32,000 bases of DNA from Acholeplasma laidlawii PG-8A. GTDB taxonomy: Bacteria > Bacillota_I > Bacilli_A > Acholeplasmatales > Acholeplasmataceae. The translations under genes were made by a program, and so were the position numbers. This document shows positions 18,877 to 27,504 of this stretch, piece after piece (position 1 is the stretch's first letter; each line of letters starts with the position of its first letter). The stretch lies in the NCBI RefSeq assembly GCF_000018785.1, contig NC_010163.1, positions 630,001 through 662,000 of the forward strand, in the 5' to 3' direction. Under the pieces are notes generated by a model, which was not told where the DNA came from, searched no databases, and saw only the letters and a list, made by a program, of their open reading frames with translations.

Positions 18877-19697
18877 CAAGAAGATTTTACTTAGAAAATG
18901 AACATGGCCAACAATTCCATTTTAAGTATCATAGTGGTGTCTTATTATCTAACGTCCAAGGATTAGGTTTTCAATTCGACATGAGCTATTTAAAGTATGG
19001 GCATATCCACAAAACTGTAAAAAGTGAAAAACCTTTGTCAGAAATGAGTGGGGTGCTTAACTTCATGGATGGGTATTATGGTTATCAAAGATTTATTGAT
19101 TACTTAAATCAAGGCAGAGATAATCTCAGATTATACTATGTATCAAATGATATGAAGTATGTTCATGTCGATGTCGTTTCACTAAGTAAAGCAGAAATTA
19201 AATCTGGCTTATTAAGTTGTGAAATTACGATGAACAAAAAGAGTTATTGGGTTAAAGAGAGACAAATCATCATTGATATAACAGAAGTCTTAGATGGTAA
19301 GGTTTACCCTTATCCATACGCTTATACATATCAAATCACACAGGAAGGACGAACCACAATTGATATTAATGGTTCATTTAATGCAAATGTAATCATTGAA
19401 ATGATAGGTTCAGTAGATCATCCTGAAATTAATGTGATCCAAAATGGTGTATTGGTATCAAGCCTACGACTAAACTTAGTTGAAGAAAATGTGATAATCC
19501 AAATATCATCAGTAGCTGATAATAAGTATTTGAAAATGATTAAGGATGACATTGAAACAGATATCTACGCATACCAGGACTTTGAAAAAGATAATTTTAT
19601 CGAGTTAAAATCAGGTAGAAACACCTTAGAATTTAAGTCTGGTGTAATGTCAGATACTTTATGTAAAGTTCATATTTTCGAATACCATCTAGGGTGA
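18873..19697 (+). CDS. Distal tail protein (Dit)
   Basis: Follows TMP; FLMDGYYGYQRFIDYLNQGRDNLRLYYVS and overall size. Confidence 0.8.
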   Translation: MTRRFYLENEHGQQFHFKYHSGVLLSNVQGLGFQFDMSYLKYGHIHKTVKSEKPLSEMSGVLNFMDGYYGYQRFIDYLNQGRDNLRLYYVSNDMKYVHVDVVSLSKAEIKSGLLSCEITMNKKSYWVKERQIIIDITEVLDGKVYPYPYAYTYQITQEGRTTIDINGSFNANVIIEMIGSVDHPEINVIQNGVLVSSLRLNLVEENVIIQISSVADNKYLKMIKDDIETDIYAYQDFEKDNFIELKSGRNTLEFKSGVMSDTLCKVHIFEYHLG

Positions 19698-20821
19698 TTG
19701 TTATGGACTTGATTATATTAGATCACTTGAATTTTACTTATAAAGATCATGCCTATATTGGTGATGATTTTGAAATTATACATGACATCGTTATTACTCA
19801 AAAATCACATTTCAAGATTAACAAGAGCAAGTTGAATGTTACAGTTGGTGATTATGTTTATGTGAAAGAAGATAATGGATACTTTGGAATTGTAGAAAAC
19901 ATCGAAGATGAGAAAACGCATCTTGTTGTTGCTAGTGTTGACTTTAAAGAGTTATTTAAAGTTGAAGTATTAGTCGAAAGTTTCAACGGAAATATAGCAG
20001 CATACATAGAAGAAATCATAAGAAAAACATATCTTCAAAACAGTGATACCAAGCAAAACTTAAACTACCTAAGCATTAGTGTGGAAACATCGAAGCTGGG
20101 TAGTTTTGTTTTTGATGCTGATAAAGTCATGAGTATTTATGAATTATTGGAATTAGCAAACCGGATGTATGGTGTGTATATCAAACATGAAGTGATATTT
20201 AATGCGGGTAGTTTTAGTGGTATTTTAATCAGAATTGTTAATGTAACAAGAGGATTGAAGATTAAAGCTGATAACCTCATCTTAGAGGATTTAATTATTA
20301 ACGATTCTAGTAAAGAAAGCACAAATAAAGCAATATATTATCCAAAGACAAGTAACTTATTCTTTAAGGATGTTGTTATTTATTATCTATTAACGGATGG
20401 CACCATAACAAAAGACAATACAAGTCCTTTAAGGTATCCGAAAGTCATATCAAAAGTTGAAACTTACTCAGATAATGATTTTCTAGATTTAGATACAAAA
20501 GTGCGCTCAGTTCTTAGCGTTGATAAAACAGATCACCAAATTAGTTTTATGATCCAAAAAAAGAATCACTCATTAGATGTCTTAAGAACGTTAGATATTG
20601 GTGATTTTGTGGAGTTTATCTATAAAGGCAAACGTTATGATTCATTAGTTACTGGAATCAAATATTCAAATACATTCGAAGTAGCAACTATCACACTCGG
20701 TGAGTATCGTTTGAAACTCACTGAGAAAATTCAAATATTAAGCAAGAACGTCAATAGTAAGGTCGGAAATATCACAGTCAATAATAGTGGTTATTCTGAT
20801 TTAGATGGAGGAGAGTTTTAA
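19694..20821 (+). CDS. Tail-associated protein (Tal / Gp37-like baseplate hub)
   Basis: Follows Dit; LELANRMYGVYIKHEV, C-terminal TLGEYRLKLTEKIQ. Confidence 0.75.
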   Translation: MIVMDLIILDHLNFTYKDHAYIGDDFEIIHDIVITQKSHFKINKSKLNVTVGDYVYVKEDNGYFGIVENIEDEKTHLVVASVDFKELFKVEVLVESFNGNIAAYIEEIIRKTYLQNSDTKQNLNYLSISVETSKLGSFVFDADKVMSIYELLELANRMYGVYIKHEVIFNAGSFSGILIRIVNVTRGLKIKADNLILEDLIINDSSKESTNKAIYYPKTSNLFFKDVVIYYLLTDGTITKDNTSPLRYPKVISKVETYSDNDFLDLDTKVRSVLSVDKTDHQISFMIQKKNHSLDVLRTLDIGDFVEFIYKGKRYDSLVTGIKYSNTFEVATITLGEYRLKLTEKIQILSKNVNSKVGNITVNNSGYSDLDGGEF

Positions 20822-21600
20822 TGGGAATACAAAAAATAACGTTTGATGGGTCAAGCGTCACATCAAAACATGATGCAGATTTAAATGACTTTATATTTTC
20901 AGTTGGTACTGGCGTGCTTTTAGGCAGTAGAGGTAGCGTATTTTATACGCTTGCCAATAACACCATTACATTTGAGGATGGATATGTCATGGTTCAAGGT
21001 AGGTTAATCTATATTGAAAATAATACGCAAGTCACTGTTACACCAAACGCTAATCGCTTAGGGTATGTGGTTCTAAATGTGGATTTAACTAATAACGAAG
21101 TTTCAATTTACACGAAAGAGCAAGCATCAACTTATCCAAATCTCGTCCAGAATGATTTAAGTAGCGGTCAAGGTCAATATGAATTTGCACTATGTGCATA
21201 CACTAAGACAACAACATCGGTCGCTTTAAACAATACATTTAATAGACAAACTTTATTGAATGCTGATAGTCTTGTCTATAATCTTGAGCAGAAAATCAGG
21301 AATCAAACGACACCAAATGTTCACACTCCAACATATATTTCTCAAGGTGTTTATAGGATAAGTAATTATTATTCAAATGATTTATTGCGTGCATTCATCA
21401 TGATTGTATTAAGTAATGGAACAATTGTGAACATACCAGGACCTTTGATTTTTGAAGTGTTAGGATCCAGTACTTCAGTTGGTTATACATATAATGGCGT
21501 GACTTACACGATGTTTATTTCATATCAGAATGGCAATACAACATTTACATGTGGCTCAACAGCTCACGTAATTAATCGAGTCATCATATATCGTTTCTGA
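20821..21600 (+). CDS. Baseplate/fibre-associated protein
   Basis: Position; N-terminal GIQKITFDGSSVTSKHDADLNDFIFS with beta-rich remainder. Confidence 0.6.
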   Translation: MGIQKITFDGSSVTSKHDADLNDFIFSVGTGVLLGSRGSVFYTLANNTITFEDGYVMVQGRLIYIENNTQVTVTPNANRLGYVVLNVDLTNNEVSIYTKEQASTYPNLVQNDLSSGQGQYEFALCAYTKTTTSVALNNTFNRQTLLNADSLVYNLEQKIRNQTTPNVHTPTYISQGVYRISNYYSNDLLRAFIMIVLSNGTIVNIPGPLIFEVLGSSTSVGYTYNGVTYTMFISYQNGNTTFTCGSTAHVINRVIIYRF

Positions 21601-21613
21601 GGAGGAACTTAAA

Positions 21614-22300
21614 ATGGCAGTTATACAAATTAAAAGAAGAACATCCACCGGTACAGGACCAATTGTAGGTACTGCAGGTACGATTAAAGCCGGTGAACCA
21701 TTAATTGACTTAAATGGCACGAATTTATATATCTCAAAAGCAGATAAAACGGGATCAAGTGCCAATCCATTAACAACCAATGACTATATCGAGTTTGCAA
21801 GTAAAGCTAATGCGGAAGCAACAATGGATGCAAAGATTACAGCACTTGGACTTGGAACAGCATCTAAAAAGAATACAGGTACAACAAATGGAACAGTACC
21901 GTTAATTGGTGCAGATGGAAAACTTCCAACATCGATTATTCCGGCTGTGAGTCCTGTGACAAGTGTTAACTCTAAGACAGGTGCAGTTGTCATTACTTTA
22001 GCTGAGCTTGGTGGTGTTGCGGCAAGTACTTATAGTGCCCATGAATCAAGTAACTTACACTTAACAGATGATCAACGTACAAAGATTGCTAATGTGAGAA
22101 ATGTTAGTTTGATGCAAGGTGTAGGAGCTAAATTCGATACGACAAAGGCATCATTCGATGCTTCAGTTCTTGATAATGGATTAGTACTACATAGTATTCA
22201 AGACACAAACTATAATCCAGTAAAAACATTCTATTATATCGGTATTGATAAAACAAAAGTACTAACGCCAACATCTATTATTGATGGTGGAACGTACTAA
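21614..22300 (+). CDS. Tail fibre-like protein
   Basis: N-terminal MAVIQIKRRTSTGTG...AGEPLIDLNGTNLYISKAD fibre-attachment-like module; GVAASTYSAHESSNLHLTDDQRTKI. Confidence 0.7.
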   Translation: MAVIQIKRRTSTGTGPIVGTAGTIKAGEPLIDLNGTNLYISKADKTGSSANPLTTNDYIEFASKANAEATMDAKITALGLGTASKKNTGTTNGTVPLIGADGKLPTSIIPAVSPVTSVNSKTGAVVITLAELGGVAASTYSAHESSNLHLTDDQRTKIANVRNVSLMQGVGAKFDTTKASFDASVLDNGLVLHSIQDTNYNPVKTFYYIGIDKTKVLTPTSIIDGGTY

Positions 22301-22845
22301 TGGCAATCATCAGAGTTAAAAGAGGCACATCGGTTCCAACCACAAGCCATTTGACTCAAGTTGGTGAGATGGGCTTTGATACTTTAAATAATGAGCTATA
22401 TATTAGAGGAAATAGTAGTGTCATTAAGGTTGGTGGTGGTTTTACACTTTTATATGAAGGAACGGGATTTATACCATCAACCATTACATCCAATAATATA
22501 ACACTGAATAGAACTATAAATTTGTATGATAAAATACTAACTTTTGAAGTTAGAGTTGTCACAAGTTCTGATACTTATGAAACGCATATTGTTTATGGTC
22601 GAATGGGGACCAATTCAACGACAACAGCAAGTGCAACTTATGACAGACTATACTCATGGACAACATTCGATGGCCAGTACTTTAAAACACACTCTTTCAA
22701 GGCTTATGTTTCAAGTATTGCATCAAATACAATGACAGTTGGGTATGTTAAGCATTTGATTGGTAACTTTAGTGGTACATCGATTGCATGGACAACAAAT
22801 ACGACAACTACCATCTATTTAGAGCGCATTTGGCTGGTTAATTAA
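22300..22845 (+). CDS. Second tail fibre-like protein
   Basis: MAIIRVKRGTSVPTTSHLTQVGEMGFDTLNNELYIRGN: same N-terminal module type as the upstream ORF. Confidence 0.65.
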   Translation: MAIIRVKRGTSVPTTSHLTQVGEMGFDTLNNELYIRGNSSVIKVGGGFTLLYEGTGFIPSTITSNNITLNRTINLYDKILTFEVRVVTSSDTYETHIVYGRMGTNSTTTASATYDRLYSWTTFDGQYFKTHSFKAYVSSIASNTMTVGYVKHLIGNFSGTSIAWTTNTTTTIYLERIWLVN

Positions 22846-22846
22846 T

Positions 22847-23269
22847 ATGGCTTATACCTTAACTATTCACAGTATTAGTCCAACAACAGCTGCAAATACT
22901 GGAAACATTGGATTAAGTATCAATTTTACTTTATCAGGCAGTGGCGTTTCACTTCCTGGTTTTTCTTTAAGTTTGTATGACGCACTTTCTGGTGGATCCT
23001 ATATTAAGTCACTTTATTATGATGATATTAACGACTTACAAAGTGGCATGGCTTATAGCGTTTCATTTTCAGGAGTTAGTCCGGGAACTTACTATGTTGA
23101 AATATTTTATAAGGCACCAGGAACGACAAGAAGAGCAATTACAATCACAGGTTCATCCAGTGCAACTGAACTCATTACACTAAATGGAAGTAAAGTAACA
23201 GCAAGCTCACTAAATGGGAGTCAAATAACAAATGAAACAGTTAATGGAGTCAAAGTGTTTGGCTCTTAA
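22847..23269 (+). CDS. Ig-like/beta-sandwich virion-associated protein
   Basis: Alternating beta pattern, GMAYSVSFSGVSPGTYYVEIFY, C-terminal Asn/Gly repeats LNGSKVTASSLNGSQITNETVNGVKV. Confidence 0.5.
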   Translation: MAYTLTIHSISPTTAANTGNIGLSINFTLSGSGVSLPGFSLSLYDALSGGSYIKSLYYDDINDLQSGMAYSVSFSGVSPGTYYVEIFYKAPGTTRRAITITGSSSATELITLNGSKVTASSLNGSQITNETVNGVKVFGS

Positions 23270-23287
23270 TATAAGGAGGAATTAAAA

Positions 23288-23590
23288 ATGGCAATAATTA
23301 AAAACTTACAATCAAGGGTTGGTGTTGATGTTAGTTATCACCGTATCATTGGCATCAATATCAACTACCGTAATCGAAAGATTTTACTTTGTGTAGCATC
23401 TTACATTTCAAAGGATAAAAGGTTTGATAATTGTGAACCCTTAGAAGTAGTAGATATTGAAGTGCCCGAAGTTGATTTTGATTTATTCATCAACGAGGAT
23501 CCAAGAGGTATTGCTTACCTATGGTTAAAAGAAAATGTTGAGGGTTTTGAACAATCGATAGATGATTTAGATGTTGAGGGGGATGTATGA
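23288..23590 (+). CDS. Hypothetical phage protein
   Basis: Preceded by RBS AAGGAGG; 4-nt overlap with the next ORF. Confidence 0.5.
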   Translation: MAIIKNLQSRVGVDVSYHRIIGININYRNRKILLCVASYISKDKRFDNCEPLEVVDIEVPEVDFDLFINEDPRGIAYLWLKENVEGFEQSIDDLDVEGDV

Positions 23591-24240
23591 TGCCTAGAAA
23601 GTTTAGTGATAGCAAGTTAACTGAAATCGTAGTTAATATGTTTGCTATGAATGAAGTCATGTTTATTTATTATTGCGGTTCAGATAACTACAAGACAAAA
23701 CAAAAGAAGTCCGATACTGACTTGACCGTTGTATTAAATAACTTCAATGGAATTATTCATGCTTCAATTGAAGGTGTTGATATATTCGCTTATGGTTATG
23801 AGAACTTTTTACAAAGACAGTCTATGAATGATACGTTGCCGCTATATAATCTAATTCATGCTGATGATGTGATCAATATGACTGAGAATCTAATCTATGT
23901 TAATCCAAGTTATCAAACAGAATACAACAGTATCATAGCTTTAAAGTTTGAAGATGTTTTACCTCAATACTTGGATGCAGTCATTGAGTATTTTAATCAA
24001 CTGGTCAATGTTGAAAAAGTCATAGTTAAAAGAAGTTATCACATTATAAGAATTAGAGGTATTTTAGAGAAATACTTAGAAACTGGAAAATATGATGTGA
24101 ACCTAAATGAGGTATGGTTAAACAAAGTATTTGAACATAAGAAAAACTGGGATAAGGACTTAAACACACCTGACCACTTAAACCAGTTAAAAACATATCT
24201 TGATGAAATAATTACAATTAGAGAAGGTTTGAGAAAGTGA
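23587..24240 (+). CDS. Nucleotidyltransferase-superfamily-like protein
   Basis: MFIYYCGSDNYKTKQKKSDTDLTVVL fits the GS...(S)DxD signature, with a helical C-terminal half. Confidence 0.6.
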   Translation: MMPRKFSDSKLTEIVVNMFAMNEVMFIYYCGSDNYKTKQKKSDTDLTVVLNNFNGIIHASIEGVDIFAYGYENFLQRQSMNDTLPLYNLIHADDVINMTENLIYVNPSYQTEYNSIIALKFEDVLPQYLDAVIEYFNQLVNVEKVIVKRSYHIIRIRGILEKYLETGKYDVNLNEVWLNKVFEHKKNWDKDLNTPDHLNQLKTYLDEIITIREGLRK

Positions 24241-24665
24241 AAGTTAAATACTTGATATTAACAATTGTAGGATCTTTAGGTTCCTTAGCCTCATACCTAT
24301 TTGGAGGATTTGATAAATTGTTAATTGCACTCATAATCTTCATGATTATTGATTTTCTATCTGGTTTAATCTTAGCAATCGTATTTAAAAAGAGTAGCAA
24401 AACAAAGAGCGGCAGAGTGAGTAGTGAAGCAGGTATTAAAGGACTGGCCAAGAAAATATTCATTCTCTTTTTAGTTGCTTTAGCTGAACAACTAGACATT
24501 GTTTTAGGTACTAATCTTGTAAGGGATGGAGCCGTTATTGCTTTCATATCTATGGAAGGTGTAAGTATCTTAGAAAATTCAACCCTTGCAGGATTACCAG
24601 TTCCAAGAATGATTAAAAACGCACTTGAAGTGCTAAGTAAAGGTGAGGATAAGAAAGATGAATAA
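24237..24665 (+). CDS. Phage holin, toxin-secretion/phage-lysis holin family-like
   Basis: LLIALIIFMIIDFLSGLILAI, SSEAGIKGLAKKIFILFLVALAEQLD, ILENSTLAGLPVPRMIKNALEVL. Confidence 0.88.
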   Translation: MKVKYLILTIVGSLGSLASYLFGGFDKLLIALIIFMIIDFLSGLILAIVFKKSSKTKSGRVSSEAGIKGLAKKIFILFLVALAEQLDIVLGTNLVRDGAVIAFISMEGVSILENSTLAGLPVPRMIKNALEVLSKGEDKKDE

Positions 24666-24981
24666 TACAGAATTAATTACCACAATTATCAGTGTGATAC
24701 TTTCACTCGTATCTATCGGATTAGGTTACTGGTCAAAAAGAAACTCTAAAGCAAAAGTATACTATGAAACTTTTATCAAAGTTGAAGAACAAATCAAGAA
24801 GCTCTGTATTGATGCAGAAAAGAATTACACTAAAGGCGATCAAAAGAAGAAATACGTGATCTCAAGTATAAATCAGTTTCTGACTGATCAGAAGATCGCA
24901 ATTGATCTCGATACTATAGAAGGCATTATTGAATCAATTATCGATGTTTCTAACCAAATTAATAAGTCAAATAAATTGTAA
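24643..24981 (+). CDS. Holin-like membrane protein (LLH/superfamily-6-like)
   Basis: Single N-terminal TM segment (LITTIISVILSLVSIGLGYW) followed by charged helices; downstream of the holin. Confidence 0.55.
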   Translation: MRIRKMNNTELITTIISVILSLVSIGLGYWSKRNSKAKVYYETFIKVEEQIKKLCIDAEKNYTKGDQKKKYVISSINQFLTDQKIAIDLDTIEGIIESIIDVSNQINKSNKL

Positions 24982-25044
24982 TTTGACAGCCTAATTAAGC
25001 CGTTAAATATTGACTAAAACACATAATTTTGATAAAATAAACAT

Positions 25045-25092
25045 GTAGCATAACATGTCGGTAACCACTCCGATTGTTATGCTACTCTTTTT
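25045..25092 (+). terminator. Rho-independent terminator-like hairpin after the lysis module
   Basis: GTAGCATAACA (25045-25055) pairs perfectly with TGTTATGCTAC (25075-25085). An inner TCGG/CCGA (25058-25061/25070-25073) extends the stem, and the downstream sequence is T-rich (TCTTTTTGTTTT). Confidence 0.75.
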
Positions 25093-25127
25093 GTTTTATC
25101 TCTATTTAAACTGCATACTACATTAGA

Positions 25128-25166
25128 CCTCATACTAGGAAAAATTATCCTTTTATGAGGTTTTTT
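25128..25166 (+). terminator. Second terminator/attenuator-like hairpin
   Basis: CCTCATA (25128-25134) pairs with TATGAGG (25154-25160), inner AGGA/TCCT, then TTTTTT. Confidence 0.75.
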
Positions 25167-25223
25167 CATTTTTTATTGGCAAAATCAAAAAAGATGCCAT
25201 TAACCATTGAGGAGGTGTTTTAG

Positions 25224-25436
25224 ATGAATAGAGAACAACTAAAACTCAATGTAGAAGAATTACAGAAAAAAGGCTATGTCTATAAAAGGATAGCAAAAGA
25301 ATTATCAATCACAGTTAGTTCAGCAAGATATATCTGTTCAAAGCATAATGAATCAAAATTAGATCAAGAGGTTTGTAAACATTGTGGTTCAAAAATCAAA
25401 TCAATTAAAGCCAAAAAGAAAATGATAAAATTTTAA
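25224..25436 (+). pseudogene. HTH/zinc-ribbon phage protein, probably truncated, fused by deletion to recombinase remnant
   Basis: HTH-like YVYKRIAKELSITVSSARYIC, then a single CKHCGSKIK half-ribbon with no partner CxxC; recombinase sequence begins in another frame at the same point. Confidence 0.6.
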
Positions 25437-26430
25437 TAGTTGAAGACGAAGCAGAAATAGTTAGACGCATTTATAGAATGTTTTTAGTTGAAGGAAAAAC
25501 TGCAACCGGCATAGCCACTTACTTAAAAAAACTTCATGTTAAAACACCTTCTGGCAAAAACACTAATTGGACCAAAAACACAATAACATCAATTCTAAGT
25601 AATGAAAAGTATAAAGGTGATGCACTACTTCAAAAGACTTTATAGATGATTTCTTAGAAAAATCAGTAGTTAAAAATACGGGCCAAATTCTTCAATATTA
25701 TGTTGAGAATAGTCATCCAGCAATCATTGATAAAAACACTTGGGAACTTGTACAGTTGGAACTAAAAAGAAGGAGTGTACTTGGACCTAAATATTCTGGT
25801 AGTAACTTATTCTCTTCAAAACTTGTATGCGAAGACTGCGGTGGTTTTTATGGAAAGAAAAAATGGCACTCAGGAAGTATGCACGAGAAGATTGTTTATC
25901 AATGCAACAACAAGTTTGATAAAGGAAAAGACAAATGCCAAACTCCACACTTGAGTGAGGAAACAGTAAAGACTAAGTTCATTGAAGCGTATAATTTAAC
26001 GATGGGAGATAAAAGAAGAATTATTGACGATTCAAAAGAAGTTATTGGCTTACTAACCGACACTATCAAAATTGATGATGAGATTGTAAAAATTAATGAA
26101 GAGATTACAATTGTTTCAGAGCTTGTTAGTAAACTGGTTAAGGAAAACTCAAAGACAGATATTCAATTCGGGGAGTACAACAAAAGATACGAAGAGTTAT
26201 CAGAACGTTATGAAAAATTAAGACTTAGACATGAAGAACTATTAAAACAAAAGAATAGCAAACAAGCAAAAGCCATAAAGCTTAGAGCATTCATTTCAAG
26301 CCTTGAAAACTCTGATCACCAGATAAAATATTGGAATGAAATGATATGGATGTTAATAGTTGAAAGCGCAACAGTTCATAGAGATTCAAGTGTTACATTT
26401 AAGTTTCACAATGGGTTGGAGATTAAATAG
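25427..26430 (+). pseudogene. Large serine recombinase remnant lacking the catalytic domain and carrying a frameshift
   Basis: Frame 2: KILIVEDEAEIVRRIYRMFLVEGKTATGIATYLKKLHVKTPSGKKHTNWTKNTITSILSNEKYKGDALLQKTL*. Frame 1 continues: FIDDFLEKSVVKNTGQILQYYVENSHPAIIDKNTWELVQLELKRR...CEDCGGFYGKKKWHS...YQCNNKF (zinc ribbon, coiled coil). Confidence 0.9.
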
Positions 26431-26467
26431 GTAGCAATAGAAAATAAATATTTATAATGATTTAAGT

Positions 26468-26538
26468 GCCTGAATATGTTAAACTATAACTATAAAAATC
26501 CGGTTTTTATCAATAGTTATTTTTGAAACATTTCAGGC
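26468..26538. repeat. Long nested imperfect inverted repeat between recombinase remnant and lipoprotein gene
   Basis: GCCTGAAtATGTT ... ATAACTAT ... AAAAA tccgg TTTTT ... ATAGTTAT ... AACATtTCAGGC. Confidence 0.7.
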
Positions 26539-26566
26539 TATTTAATTTTAAATAAGGAGGGTTAAA

Positions 26567-27382
26567 TTGAAAAAAATATATACTATAATTTTAATCGTTA
26601 TCAGTGGATTTTTTTTAAGTAGTTGTCAATCTAACCTTGATTTTGACTTTATAATTCCTGACAAAGAAGACTATTCCATAAATGAGATCATCTTCGATGA
26701 TTTTACTCAATCAACAATTATCGACTTTGATAATATAACTGAGGAATCGTTGCTTTCTGCACAGCAAGCAAATATTTATATATCCAACATTTCATATAAT
26801 GATAAATGGTTTTTTTCAAAGAAGGACAATTACACTGGAAGTGGAGTTATTTTTTTTGAAACAGAGTCATTCTATTATGCACTAACTAACGCGCACGTTG
26901 TTGATAAACATCAAGACTTTGAGAATCATATTATTGAAGTATATGACTATTTTAATAATAAATATAACGCCTTTGTTTATGAAGGAAGCTTTAACTATGA
27001 CTTGGATTTAGCGGTTTTGGTTTTTTATAAAAACGAAGTAGAACTGACTGTTTTGAATATTGTGTATGGTGAGATTGGGGTTGGTGACAATATCATAGCA
27101 ATCGGAAACCCACTCGGTGAAAAGAATGTTATTTCTGTTGGTAAAGTTATAAGATATAACAAAACAAGAGTTGAGGATAGATACGGAAATATTAAAACTA
27201 ATGAATTTAACTCGATAATTCATAGTAGTAAGACAAATGCTGGATCAAGCGGAGGGATGATTTTGAATTTCGATTTAAAAATAGTTGGAATAAACTATGG
27301 AGGGAATCGCAGCGAAGAAAACCCTGAGGGGTTTGCGGTTTCATCCAAATTAGTAATTGATTTTTTATTAAGAATAATCTAG
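26567..27382 (+). CDS. Trypsin-like/S1C serine protease lipoprotein
   Basis: Lipobox FFLSSC; ALTNAHVV (His), YDLDLAVL (Asp), SSKTNAGSSGGMIL (Ser), EGFAVSSKLVIDFL. Confidence 0.88.
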   Translation: MKKIYTIILIVISGFFLSSCQSNLDFDFIIPDKEDYSINEIIFDDFTQSTIIDFDNITEESLLSAQQANIYISNISYNDKWFFSKKDNYTGSGVIFFETESFYYALTNAHVVDKHQDFENHIIEVYDYFNNKYNAFVYEGSFNYDLDLAVLVFYKNEVELTVLNIVYGEIGVGDNIIAIGNPLGEKNVISVGKVIRYNKTRVEDRYGNIKTNEFNSIIHSSKTNAGSSGGMILNFDLKIVGINYGGNRSEENPEGFAVSSKLVIDFLLRII

Positions 27383-27504
27383 TAAAATAAGCTAAAAATA
27401 TAGACATCATTAGCGTAGTTACTATGTAATGTGCTAGAATATATCTAAATGAGAACGGTAAGTAAACAAGATTTAAAAATGAATTAAATGAGAGGGCTTT
27501 TATA

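Larger units (their letters stand above)
1..26430 (+). mobile_element. HK97-type siphovirus prophage, left end outside window; right end near the decayed serine recombinase
   Basis: Canonical co-oriented order HNH-TerS-TerL-portal-protease-MCP-connectors-MTP-TAC-TMP-Dit-Tal-fibres-holins-recombinase remnants. No att site was identified, so boundaries are approximate. Confidence 0.9.

Noticed and set aside
21614-23269. Diversity-generating retroelement associated with Mtd-like fibre N-termini
   Set aside because: No reverse transcriptase and no recognisable template/variable repeat pair in the window.
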